Source: Moraxella nasovis
Lineage (GTDB): Bacteria; Pseudomonadota; Gammaproteobacteria; Pseudomonadales; Moraxellaceae
Length of the DNA stretch: 32,000 nucleotides
Direction of reading: 5' to 3'
NCBI RefSeq assembly: GCF_022701215.1
Contig: NZ_CP089976.1
Location: 1,890,001 to 1,922,000, forward strand
Of the stretch, positions 8,641 through 15,980 are shown piece after piece; position 1 is the first letter of the stretch, and each line of letters starts with the position of its first letter. The position numbers and the translations under genes were made by a program. The notes under the pieces are model-generated. The model had not been told where the DNA came from and did not search any database. It saw nothing but the letters and a program-made list of their open reading frames with translations.

Positions 8641-8716
8641 GGGCGGTTAGCTCAGTTGGTAGAGCGTCTGCCTTACAAGCAGAGGGTCAGCGGTTCAAGT
8701 CCGTTACCGCCCACCA
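8641..8716 (+). tRNA. tRNA-Val (anticodon UAC)
   Basis: Cloverleaf folded by hand: acceptor GGGCGGT/ACCGCCC, D arm GCTC/GAGC, anticodon stem TCTGC/GCAGA with loop CTTACAA, T arm AGCGG/CCGTT, encoded CCA. Confidence 0.9.
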
Positions 8717-8741
8717 TTATGTCATTAGACATAAACCGCAC

Positions 8742-8818
8742 GCAGCGGTAGTTCAGTTGGTTAGAATACCGGCCTGTCACGCCGGGGGTCGCGGGTTCGA
8801 GTCCCGTCCGCTGCGCCA
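8742..8818 (+). tRNA. tRNA-Asp (anticodon GUC)
   Basis: Acceptor GCAGCGG/CCGCTGC, anticodon stem CCGGC/GCCGG with loop CTGTCAC, T arm GCGGG/CCCGT, discriminator G plus CCA. Confidence 0.9.
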
Positions 8819-8836
8819 TTATTTTCTAGTTTATTT

Positions 8837-8912
8837 GGGCGGTTAGCTCAGTTGGTAGAGCGTCTGCCTTACAAGCAGAGGGTCAGCGGTTCAAGTCCGT
8901 TACCGCCCACCA
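8837..8912 (+). tRNA. tRNA-Val (anticodon UAC), second identical copy
   Basis: Identical in sequence to 8641-8716. Confidence 0.9.
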
Positions 8913-8937
8913 TTATGTCATTAGACATAAACCGCAC

Positions 8938-9014
8938 GCAGCGGTAGTTCAGTTGGTTAGAATACCGGCCTGTCACGCCGGGGGTCGCGGGTTCGAGTCC
9001 CGTCCGCTGCGCCA
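8938..9014 (+). tRNA. tRNA-Asp (anticodon GUC), second identical copy
   Basis: Identical in sequence to 8742-8818. Confidence 0.9.
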
Positions 9015-9022
9015 TTATTTTG

Positions 9023-9054
9023 AAAATCCCAAGTTATCTGACTTGGGATTTTTT
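9023..9054 (+). terminator. Rho-independent terminator of the tRNA operon
   Basis: AAAATCCCAAGT (9023-9034) pairs with ACTTGGGATTTT (9041-9052), followed by a T-run. Confidence 0.75.
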
Positions 9055-9084
9055 GTTTTATTTGTCCACACTAATTATTGTTTA

Positions 9085-9179
9085 ACTTGAATTGCAAGTA
9101 TTACTTGCAACAAAACAAGTTCTGTCCTTATGGTTTAATATTGGTAATTGACAGAAAAACTTGCAAAATACACTTGCAA
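9085..9179. promoter_or_regulatory. Cluster of ACTTG(CAA)/(TTG)CAAGT motifs: candidate operator array upstream of the HTH-aminotransferase gene
   Basis: ACTTG 9085-9089; TTGCAAGT 9092-9099; ACTTGCAA 9103-9110 (9092-9110 is a perfect 8+3+8 palindrome); CAAGT 9116-9120; direct ACTTGCAA copies at 9159-9166 and 9172-9179. TATAAT at 9186-9191 follows. Confidence 0.5.
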
Positions 9180-9239
9180 ATATTTTATAATTTTTCTACA
9201 ATGCTTGAATTACGTTATATCGCCAATGATGAGCTATTG

Positions 9240-10811
9240 ATGGATAAAGATATTATGAATGGTGAGCAAGGCATTCGTCTCAAAAAACTCCGTAAACAAG
9301 CAGGATTATCTGCCGAACAGCTTGCCAAGCTCTTAAGTGAGAGTGGTACGCCTGTAAGCCGTGGTGCTATTGCAAACTGGGAATGCGGCAAAAATGGCAT
9401 TGCCCATAATAAGCTGCCCATCCTTGCTCGTTTACTAAACACCACCGAAGCTTATTTATTGGGTTATGAAGCAAAGGTTAATCAATCACCAACCAATCAA
9501 TCACCCACTATAAATTATACACCCCAAAAGACGAAAACCAAGATGGATCAAGCCATGTCAACTTCTGATAAATCCACCATAAAGCCTTTGACTAAATCAA
9601 CAAAACTATCCAACGTTTGTTATGATATTCGTGGCGAACTATTACAAACTGCCAATCGTATGGAAGCAGAAGGGTACCGAATTTTAAAGCTAAATATCGG
9701 TAATCCAGAGCCTTTTGGTTTGTTACCACCAAACGAGATTGTGCGTGATGTGGCAATGCACCTTGGAGAGTCTAGCGGATATTCGGACTCTCGTGGGGTT
9801 TTCTCCGCTCGCAAGGCAATTTTACAGTACTATCAAGCTAAGGGGCTGCTGACCGCCACAGATGTCAATGATGTATTCATCGGTAATGGCGTAAGCGAGC
9901 TTATCGTAATGACCATGCAGGCAATGCTAAACGATGGTGATGAAGTGTTAATCCCCATGCCAGATTATCCATTATGGACGGCAGCAACAAATTTAGCAGG
10001 CGGAACTGCTGTGCATTATCGCTGTGTCGAAGAGAACGACTGGCAGCCAGACTTAGCTGACATAGAACAAAAAATCACGCCACGCACTAAGGCAATCGTT
10101 GTTATTAACCCAAACAACCCAACAGGGGCATTATATTCTGAAGATATGCTTTATGCTATTACCGACTTGGCAGAAAAATACGGCTTAGTGGTGATGGCAG
10201 ATGAGATTTATGATCGTATTTTATATGACGGTGCGATACATAAGCCGCTGTGCACCATCTCAGACAAGGTACTGGTGCTGACGTTTAATGGGCTTTCTAA
10301 GTCGCATCGTATCGCAGGCTATCGCTCTGGTTGGCTGATGATCTCTGGTAAAAAAGACCATGCCGCTGATTTCATCGAAGGTTTAGTCATGTTAGCAAGC
10401 ATGCGACTGTGTGCTAATGTGCCAGCTCAGCACGCCATTCAGACGGCAATGGGTGGTTACCAGTCAATGCAAGATCTAACAGCACCGACAGGTAGACTCT
10501 GTAAGCAAAGAGACTTGGCGGTCAGCCGCCTAAATGCCATCAAAGGCATAAGCTGCACTGTACCTAAGGGTGCGTTTTACTGCTTTGCTAAGATTGATCG
10601 TAATGTATATCCCATTGACAATGATATGCAGTTTATGATGGATTTATTGCTTGAAGAGCAGGTGTTAATCGTGCAAGGCACAGGGTTCAACTGGGATTTG
10701 CCCGATCATTTTAGAATTGTGTTCTTGCCGAATCTTATTGATTTAGCAGATGCGATGGACAGGTTGGATCGGTTTTTTGCTAAGAAACGACGTGAGTTTG
10801 GTACTGACTAA
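9240..10811 (+). CDS. XRE-family HTH domain fused in frame to an AlaA/AlaC-like class I PLP-dependent aminotransferase
   Basis: The C-terminal ~400 aa align with E. coli AlaA as I recall it (SKLSNVCYDIRG, LKLNIGNP, IGNGVSELI, INPNNPTG, FNGLSKSHRIAGYRSGW with the PLP lysine, MRLCANVPAQHAIQTA). The N-terminus, IRLKKLRKQAGLSAEQLAKLLSESGTPVSRGAIANWECG, is a typical HTH_3/XRE fold. No stop separates the two parts. The start is uncertain (ATG at 9201, 9240 or 9255). The TTG at 9078 in the ORF track is unlikely. Confidence 0.8.
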   Translation: MDKDIMNGEQGIRLKKLRKQAGLSAEQLAKLLSESGTPVSRGAIANWECGKNGIAHNKLPILARLLNTTEAYLLGYEAKVNQSPTNQSPTINYTPQKTKTKMDQAMSTSDKSTIKPLTKSTKLSNVCYDIRGELLQTANRMEAEGYRILKLNIGNPEPFGLLPPNEIVRDVAMHLGESSGYSDSRGVFSARKAILQYYQAKGLLTATDVNDVFIGNGVSELIVMTMQAMLNDGDEVLIPMPDYPLWTAATNLAGGTAVHYRCVEENDWQPDLADIEQKITPRTKAIVVINPNNPTGALYSEDMLYAITDLAEKYGLVVMADEIYDRILYDGAIHKPLCTISDKVLVLTFNGLSKSHRIAGYRSGWLMISGKKDHAADFIEGLVMLASMRLCANVPAQHAIQTAMGGYQSMQDLTAPTGRLCKQRDLAVSRLNAIKGISCTVPKGAFYCFAKIDRNVYPIDNDMQFMMDLLLEEQVLIVQGTGFNWDLPDHFRIVFLPNLIDLADAMDRLDRFFAKKRREFGTD

Positions 10812-10951
10812 GCGTGTATTAGGCCTTTAATGTGGGTTTGTCATTGATTTGGGGTTTTTTCTTGACGATGGCAAGTCAAGCCGTCCAAAATTTTACAAAA
10901 TCAAAGGTCTTATTGGTTAAGGACGGCTTGATGGATATAAAGTGAATATGT

Positions 10952-11371
10952 TTATTTTATATTATCTTTGGGTGTCAGTGTTTCTACCAGCTCTTCATAA
11001 CGCACTGTATCGCTAACTGTGTGGGTTGATGTTTCGGTGCGTTTTTCAAGACTGATTTCTTCAGCAACAAATGTTTCTTTATGCACTTTGACTACATCTT
11101 TTGATAATAAAACTTCAACAGGCTCATGCCCAATCTCCGTGCCATTGATAAATACGCCAGTTGAAGTTGTTATATCAACCATTTGCACTTCACCTGCGTT
11201 TGCAGTCTTATCGCTAAGAACGCGAATAACTAAATATTCTTCTTTTAATTCTACTGGGACATTAACCACTTTTGTGCGAGTTTCTTTTTGAAGCGTAACT
11301 TTGCCAGATTGTACTTTTTCAACATCAACATTTAAACGCTCTTCTAATAACTCAATGGTATTATGGTTCAT
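10952..11371 (-). CDS. YsnF/AvaK (DUF2382) domain stress-response protein
   Basis: 139-aa ORF. IELLEERLNVDVEKVQSGKV...KETFVAEEISLEK...VRYEEL is the DUF2382 signature. Confidence 0.75.
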   Translation of the reverse strand: MNHNTIELLEERLNVDVEKVQSGKVTLQKETRTKVVNVPVELKEEYLVIRVLSDKTANAGEVQMVDITTSTGVFINGTEIGHEPVEVLLSKDVVKVHKETFVAEEISLEKRTETSTHTVSDTVRYEELVETLTPKDNIK

Positions 11372-11445
11372 AACAACTCCTAATTTATTTGATTAAATAT
11401 GAAAAAGCCAGAGCAAGCCCTGACTTTTTAGAAGAAAGATACTGA

Positions 11446-12291
11446 TTATAAACCACGTGCTTTACGTACGTCATCAGCAGTAATGCCTTCATAATTTACT
11501 ACAGAACCATTTTTGTCAACGATGTTACCTAGATCATCAACATTTAATTCTTCACGCTTGATTGTCTCAAGGATGGTTTCGGTATGTGAGTGTGATGTCT
11601 TACCAAGAGAGACTTCTTCGGTAACGTAAGTTTCTTTTGATACATTTACTCGATCAGCTTCAAGTTGAACGCTAACAGTTGCTCCAGCATCATCGCCGAT
11701 TTGACGATCAGTTAGACGATTAACAGCAGTACGCTCAATGTGGGCTTTTTCTTCTTCAAGCTCAACTTGCACTTCACGCTCTTCAGTTACGACATGCTTA
11801 CCAATGCTCGCTACGCCAGCAACGATACGATCCTTGTTCACGCTTAGGCGTTCTTCTAAAAGCTCTAGCGTATTTGGAGCAGCGTAATGATTTTCAGTTA
11901 GATCAAGACGTGATTCAGCTGGTAGTGTTTCGCCAGCGAATACATCACGGTCTTTACGATGTTGCTCAGTATAAGTATAAGCATAGTCGTTATCGTAAGT
12001 TTCCATTGCTTCAACTTGGTCTTTAGTTAGGCTGTCAAAGTACACTTCGTCACCAACAATGCGAGATAGACCAACTGGTACAATCACTTCTTTTGATGTG
12101 AACCAGCCACCAGCGTCAACAATAAGATAACGTACACGACCTGTTTCAGATTCAACTAGGGCATCAACTACTTTACCAATCTTTTCACCACCGATACCAT
12201 AGGCGGTTTTGTCTGCTGGGTTGTAGTAATCATTACCTAAAACTTCTCTTTGGGTAGCTTCGATATCTTGTAAACGTACTAGACGACTCAT
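11446..12291 (-). CDS. PRC-barrel domain plus YsnF/AvaK (DUF2382) domain protein
   Basis: 281-aa ORF. The N-terminal part (GEKIGKVVDALVESETGRVRYLIVDAGGWF...VIVPVG) is PRC-barrel-like. The C-terminal part (LELLEERLSVNKDRIVAG...KETYVTEEVSLGK...IKREEL) is DUF2382. Confidence 0.75.
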   Translation of the reverse strand: MSRLVRLQDIEATQREVLGNDYYNPADKTAYGIGGEKIGKVVDALVESETGRVRYLIVDAGGWFTSKEVIVPVGLSRIVGDEVYFDSLTKDQVEAMETYDNDYAYTYTEQHRKDRDVFAGETLPAESRLDLTENHYAAPNTLELLEERLSVNKDRIVAGVASIGKHVVTEEREVQVELEEEKAHIERTAVNRLTDRQIGDDAGATVSVQLEADRVNVSKETYVTEEVSLGKTSHSHTETILETIKREELNVDDLGNIVDKNGSVVNYEGITADDVRKARGL

Positions 12292-12534
12292 AATTTATTC
12301 CTTTTAATTGGGATTTAGCCTATATATAGGCACAAGTCATTTGTTCAACTTGTAAATCCATTATACAGTTTGCCATGCTCATGTCAAAGGGCTTAAGGTG
12401 TGATTGTGAATGCTTTTTGTTCACTTTTTGTATAGCTGTGTATTTATTTGTAAATAAAATGTATAAATTTTAAAAATCAGATAATATTGAGTAATAAAAA
12501 GTATACAATTAAATTGAAAAACTTAAATAATATT

Positions 12535-12575
12535 CAAAAAAGCTTGCCTTAAATTTATGGTTTAAGGCAAGCTTT
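12535..12575 (-). terminator. Rho-independent terminator downstream of the rclA-like gene
   Basis: A 15-bp stem, AAAGCTTGCCTTAAA (12539-12553) with TTTAAGGCAAGCTTT (12561-12575). The plus-strand A-run at 12536-12540 gives the T-run on the minus strand. Confidence 0.75.
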
Positions 12576-12595
12576 AGCAGTAGTGACAGCTTAGA

Positions 12596-13915
12596 CTAAA
12601 ATTGCTCAAATAGCTGATTTAACGCTTCGCTTATGGTGGGGTGCGTGAAAATTTGATTTTTAAAATAATCTGCCTTAATACCGTGATCCATCGCAAGTTT
12701 AAATAGATTGATGATTTCATGGCTTTGGGCACAAAATAGCGTTACGCCTAAAATCTCTCGAGTATCAGCATCAATTACTGCTTTTAGAATGCCTTTTTCT
12801 TGTTTTAAGATTTTGGCTTTGACGATACTGCTTGCAGGCAGGCTTGCTACCAGATAGTTTTTACCACTTTCTTTGGCTTGCTTTTCGCTCATGCCGATGT
12901 GCGACAGCGGTGGTGTAACAAAGACGCTGGTTGGGAAGATGCTACGATCTGCGGTTGAGCGGGTGCCATCACCAAAAAGATGATTGGCGACAATGCGATA
13001 ATCGTCAAGCGATATATAAGTAAACTGTGGACTACCTGCGACATCGCCCAATGCCCAAATATGATCACTGGCTTTAAGCGTATCATCACAGCTGATATAG
13101 CCCCTATCTGTCAGGGTAACGCTGGTATTTTCTAGCTGCAAATCTTTTGTGTTCGGACGTCTGCCGACAGCTAATAGCACTGCATCAGCATTAAATGTAC
13201 CATTATTGGTAATAACTTCGGTATATTCTTCGTGCTCAATAAAACGTTGTAAATCAGTGCTTAAAAGCAGCTTTATTCCTTGCTCTTGCAGTAGCTCAAG
13301 CATTACATCACGCACATCATCATCGTTATTCATAAGAATATTGGGCGCATTTTCAATAATCGTAACTTTACTGCCAAATTGGCGATACATAAAAGCAAAC
13401 TCAAGTGCGATAAATCCACCGCCAATAATCACTAAGTGATCTGGTGCATGTTCACGTTTATCGCTTAGATAAAGTAGTGATGTGCTGTCGTGAACGTGTT
13501 TACTATCTATCCCTTCAATAGGCAGTGTGCTTGGCGTTGCACCTGTATTAATAAAGATTCGCTCGGCGGTGATGGTATCGCCATTAGAAAGCTTTACGGT
13601 GTTATCATCTATAAAGCTTGCTGAAGCGGTGATGACCTGAACGTAAGAAAGCTCATCTAGCTTTTGGTAATTGGCTTGACGCAGTTTATCAATAAGTATG
13701 TTCTTTTCTTTCATGGCATCAGAAAAGCCCGAACGATAGCCAGCATAGATGAGTTTTTTTGAAGGAATACAGCCAATGTTAATGCAGGTACCGCCATACA
13801 TTTTTGGCGATTTCTCAACAACGATGGTTTCTTCGCCATGCTTGTCAAAAAGAGCGGCTAGAGTTTTACCTGCTTTACCAAAGCCGATAATAAGATTTTT
13901 TGTTTTAATAGTCAT
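12596..13915 (-). CDS. rclA: FAD-dependent pyridine nucleotide-disulfide oxidoreductase, RclA (YkgC)-like
   Basis: 439-aa ORF similar end to end to E. coli RclA as I recall it (IIGFGKAGKTLA, MYGGTCINIGCIPSK redox CxxxxC, FTYISLDDYRIV, FTHPTISEALN). Confidence 0.75.
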   Translation of the reverse strand: MTIKTKNLIIGFGKAGKTLAALFDKHGEETIVVEKSPKMYGGTCINIGCIPSKKLIYAGYRSGFSDAMKEKNILIDKLRQANYQKLDELSYVQVITASASFIDDNTVKLSNGDTITAERIFINTGATPSTLPIEGIDSKHVHDSTSLLYLSDKREHAPDHLVIIGGGFIALEFAFMYRQFGSKVTIIENAPNILMNNDDDVRDVMLELLQEQGIKLLLSTDLQRFIEHEEYTEVITNNGTFNADAVLLAVGRRPNTKDLQLENTSVTLTDRGYISCDDTLKASDHIWALGDVAGSPQFTYISLDDYRIVANHLFGDGTRSTADRSIFPTSVFVTPPLSHIGMSEKQAKESGKNYLVASLPASSIVKAKILKQEKGILKAVIDADTREILGVTLFCAQSHEIINLFKLAMDHGIKADYFKNQIFTHPTISEALNQLFEQF

Positions 13916-14069
13916 ATGATATCCTTAGGATACTTGCGGGTGTAAAGCGATTGTCACACGGTTTGCTGTGAGATGTTAAATAGTGTACCAAAAATTTAGG
14001 CATTTAGGCAAATATCTTGTTTATGAGCATGGGCATTAAAAAATTGCTTATGCTTTTGTTCATATACTT

Positions 14070-14098
14070 TTGTATCATTACATATTGTAATGATACAA
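14070..14098. promoter_or_regulatory. Perfect 29-bp palindrome (13-bp arms, 3-bp spacer) in the rclA-like/leuA divergent intergenic region
   Basis: TTGTATCATTACA-TAT-TGTAATGATACAA. No T-run follows, so I favour a dimeric DNA-binding-protein site over a terminator. Confidence 0.5.
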
Positions 14099-14213
14099 CC
14101 AACAAACTTTAATTAAAAAAGTGGTATGTTTTGTGTCTTTTTTTGTTAAGATATGAAAGATAGACCTAGCTGATCTTAATTAAGTATAAACCAAGTATAA
14201 ACATGGAGTGAAT

Positions 14214-15920
14214 ATGCCGCATATTAAACCACAAAATCCAAAATTTAATCATACTAAGTACCGGCCATTTGCTTTTGCTCCTAATCTATCAGATCGCACT
14301 TGGTGTGATAAACGCATACAAAAAGCACCGATTTGGGCAAGCGTTGATTTGCGTGATGGTAATCAGGCGTTGATTGATCCGATGAATATTGAGCAAAAAT
14401 TAGCGTTTTTTAAATTACTGGTAGAAGTGGGCTTTAAGGAGATTGAGATTGGCTTTCCTTCTGCTTCACAAGTGGAATTTGACTTCACCAGGCGATTGAT
14501 AGAAGAAGGTTTAGTGCCTAATGATGTCACGTTACAAGTCTTAGTGCAGGCTCGTGAGCATCTAATTGAGCGAACCTTTGAGAGCTTGGTCGGGGTTAAG
14601 CGTGCTATCGTGCATGTTTATAACAGCACCTCTAAAGTGCAACGTGAAAAAGTATATCAGCTTGACCGTCAAGGCATTAAAGACATCGCCATCAATGGTG
14701 CTACTTTATTAAAAGACATTGCCAAAAAGTACCCAGATACGGAGTGGGTTTTTGAGTATTCACCAGAAAGCTTTAGTCAAACTGAGACCGATTATGCAGT
14801 AGAAGTGTGCCAAGCGGTATGCGACGTATGGGAACCTCACAATGGTCAAAAAGTTATCTTAAATCTACCTGCGACCGTTGAAGCAAGTACGCCTAATCTG
14901 TACGCTGATCAAATTGAGTATTTTTGCCGTCATTTGCCTAGCCGAAAAGATGTCATCATCAGTCTACATACGCATAATGATCGTGGCTGTGGCGTGGCAG
15001 CAGCTGAGCTTGGCGTGATGGCAGGTGCAGACCGTGTTGAAGGAACCTTGCTTGGAAATGGTGAGCGTACAGGTAACATGGATATTTTGGTGATGGCAAT
15101 GAATCTGTACACGCAAGGCGTCGATCCTGAGCTTGATTTTTCTCAAGTCAGTAAGATTGTCCAAGTGGTCAGCGAGTGTAATAATCTGCCTGTACATCCT
15201 CGCCATCCTTATGTCGGTGAGCTTGTGTTTACAGCCTTTAGCGGCTCGCACCAAGATGCTATCAAAAAATCACTAGACTTTAATGAAAAGCACCGTGATA
15301 CAGACCATCATTGGGATGTGGCTTATTTGCCAATTGATCCTATGCATATTGGGCGTGGTTACCAAGATGTGGTACGAATTAACAGCCAATCTGGTAAGGG
15401 CGGTGCAGCATACATTTTACAACGTCACTATGGATTTGATTTGCCACGCTGGACACAAATTGACTTTGCAAAAGTGGTTCAAAACGAAGCTGAAACGCTT
15501 GCTCGTGAGTTAAAAACACAGGAGCTGCTGGATATATTTACCAGAACATATCTTGAGCAAAACACCTTTATATTAAGTGATTATAACATCGCTAATAAAG
15601 GTAGCTTGGTCACTTTCCAAGGGCAAATTGCAACGCCAACAGAAGTTTTAGAAGTGATCGGTTCTGGTAATGGTGCGTTGTCTGCATTTATTGATGGATT
15701 GGTAAAATCAATAGGTAGGCAGATTCATGTAACCAACTATGCTGAGCATGCCATTAACAAAGCGACCGCAGACAGCGACAATCAAACCAACAGCAGTGCG
15801 GTAGCTTATATCCAGCTTGCCATTGATGGCAAGATTTATTCTGGTATCGGCACATGTCACAGTACAGTGTCTGCCATGCTAAAAGGTACGCTGTCTGCCC
15901 TATCGCAAGGCTTTAAATAA
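14214..15920 (+). CDS. leuA: 2-isopropylmalate synthase, long (LeuA type 2) form
   Basis: WASVDLRDGNQAL, HTHNDRGCGVAA, LGNGERTGN, and a C-terminal regulatory domain. I prefer the ATG at 14214 (GGAG SD 6 nt upstream) to the GTG at 14208 in the ORF track. Confidence 0.9.
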   Translation: MPHIKPQNPKFNHTKYRPFAFAPNLSDRTWCDKRIQKAPIWASVDLRDGNQALIDPMNIEQKLAFFKLLVEVGFKEIEIGFPSASQVEFDFTRRLIEEGLVPNDVTLQVLVQAREHLIERTFESLVGVKRAIVHVYNSTSKVQREKVYQLDRQGIKDIAINGATLLKDIAKKYPDTEWVFEYSPESFSQTETDYAVEVCQAVCDVWEPHNGQKVILNLPATVEASTPNLYADQIEYFCRHLPSRKDVIISLHTHNDRGCGVAAAELGVMAGADRVEGTLLGNGERTGNMDILVMAMNLYTQGVDPELDFSQVSKIVQVVSECNNLPVHPRHPYVGELVFTAFSGSHQDAIKKSLDFNEKHRDTDHHWDVAYLPIDPMHIGRGYQDVVRINSQSGKGGAAYILQRHYGFDLPRWTQIDFAKVVQNEAETLARELKTQELLDIFTRTYLEQNTFILSDYNIANKGSLVTFQGQIATPTEVLEVIGSGNGALSAFIDGLVKSIGRQIHVTNYAEHAINKATADSDNQTNSSAVAYIQLAIDGKIYSGIGTCHSTVSAMLKGTLSALSQGFK

Positions 15921-15928
15921 CCGACAAA

Positions 15929-15959
15929 CAAAAACCCCTGACAAGTTTAGGGGTTTTTT
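15929..15959. terminator. Bidirectional rho-independent terminator between leuA and the exporter operon
   Basis: AAAAACCCCT (15930-15939) pairs with AGGGGTTTTT (15949-15958). Confidence 0.75.
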
Positions 15960-15980
15960 GTAAAAGGAAAGTTGCCATAA

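Larger units (their letters stand above)
8641..9021 (+). repeat. Tandem duplication of a 196-bp Val-Asp tRNA unit
   Basis: 8641-8825 is repeated exactly at 8837-9021. The copies diverge only after GCCATTATTTT. Confidence 0.9.

Noticed and set aside
8641-9021. Repeat-spacer-like periodicity in the tRNA region
   Set aside because: Each repeat folds as a complete tRNA cloverleaf with a CCA end. This is a duplicated tRNA operon, not a CRISPR array or a mobile element. No integrase or attachment-site-like partial tRNA copy follows it.
9078-9200. TTG start at 9078 giving a 577-aa product (ORF-track coordinates)
   Set aside because: The added 41 residues (MFNLNCKYYLQQNKFCPYGLILVIDRKTCKIHLQIFYNFST) overlap the repeat/operator array and the TATAAT hexamer, and they look non-protein-like. 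ATG 9201, 9240 or 9255 are more plausible starts.
14208-14213. GTG start for leuA as listed in the ORF track
   Set aside because: The ATG at 14214 is better placed, 6 nt after GGAG. The GTG overlaps the SD itself.
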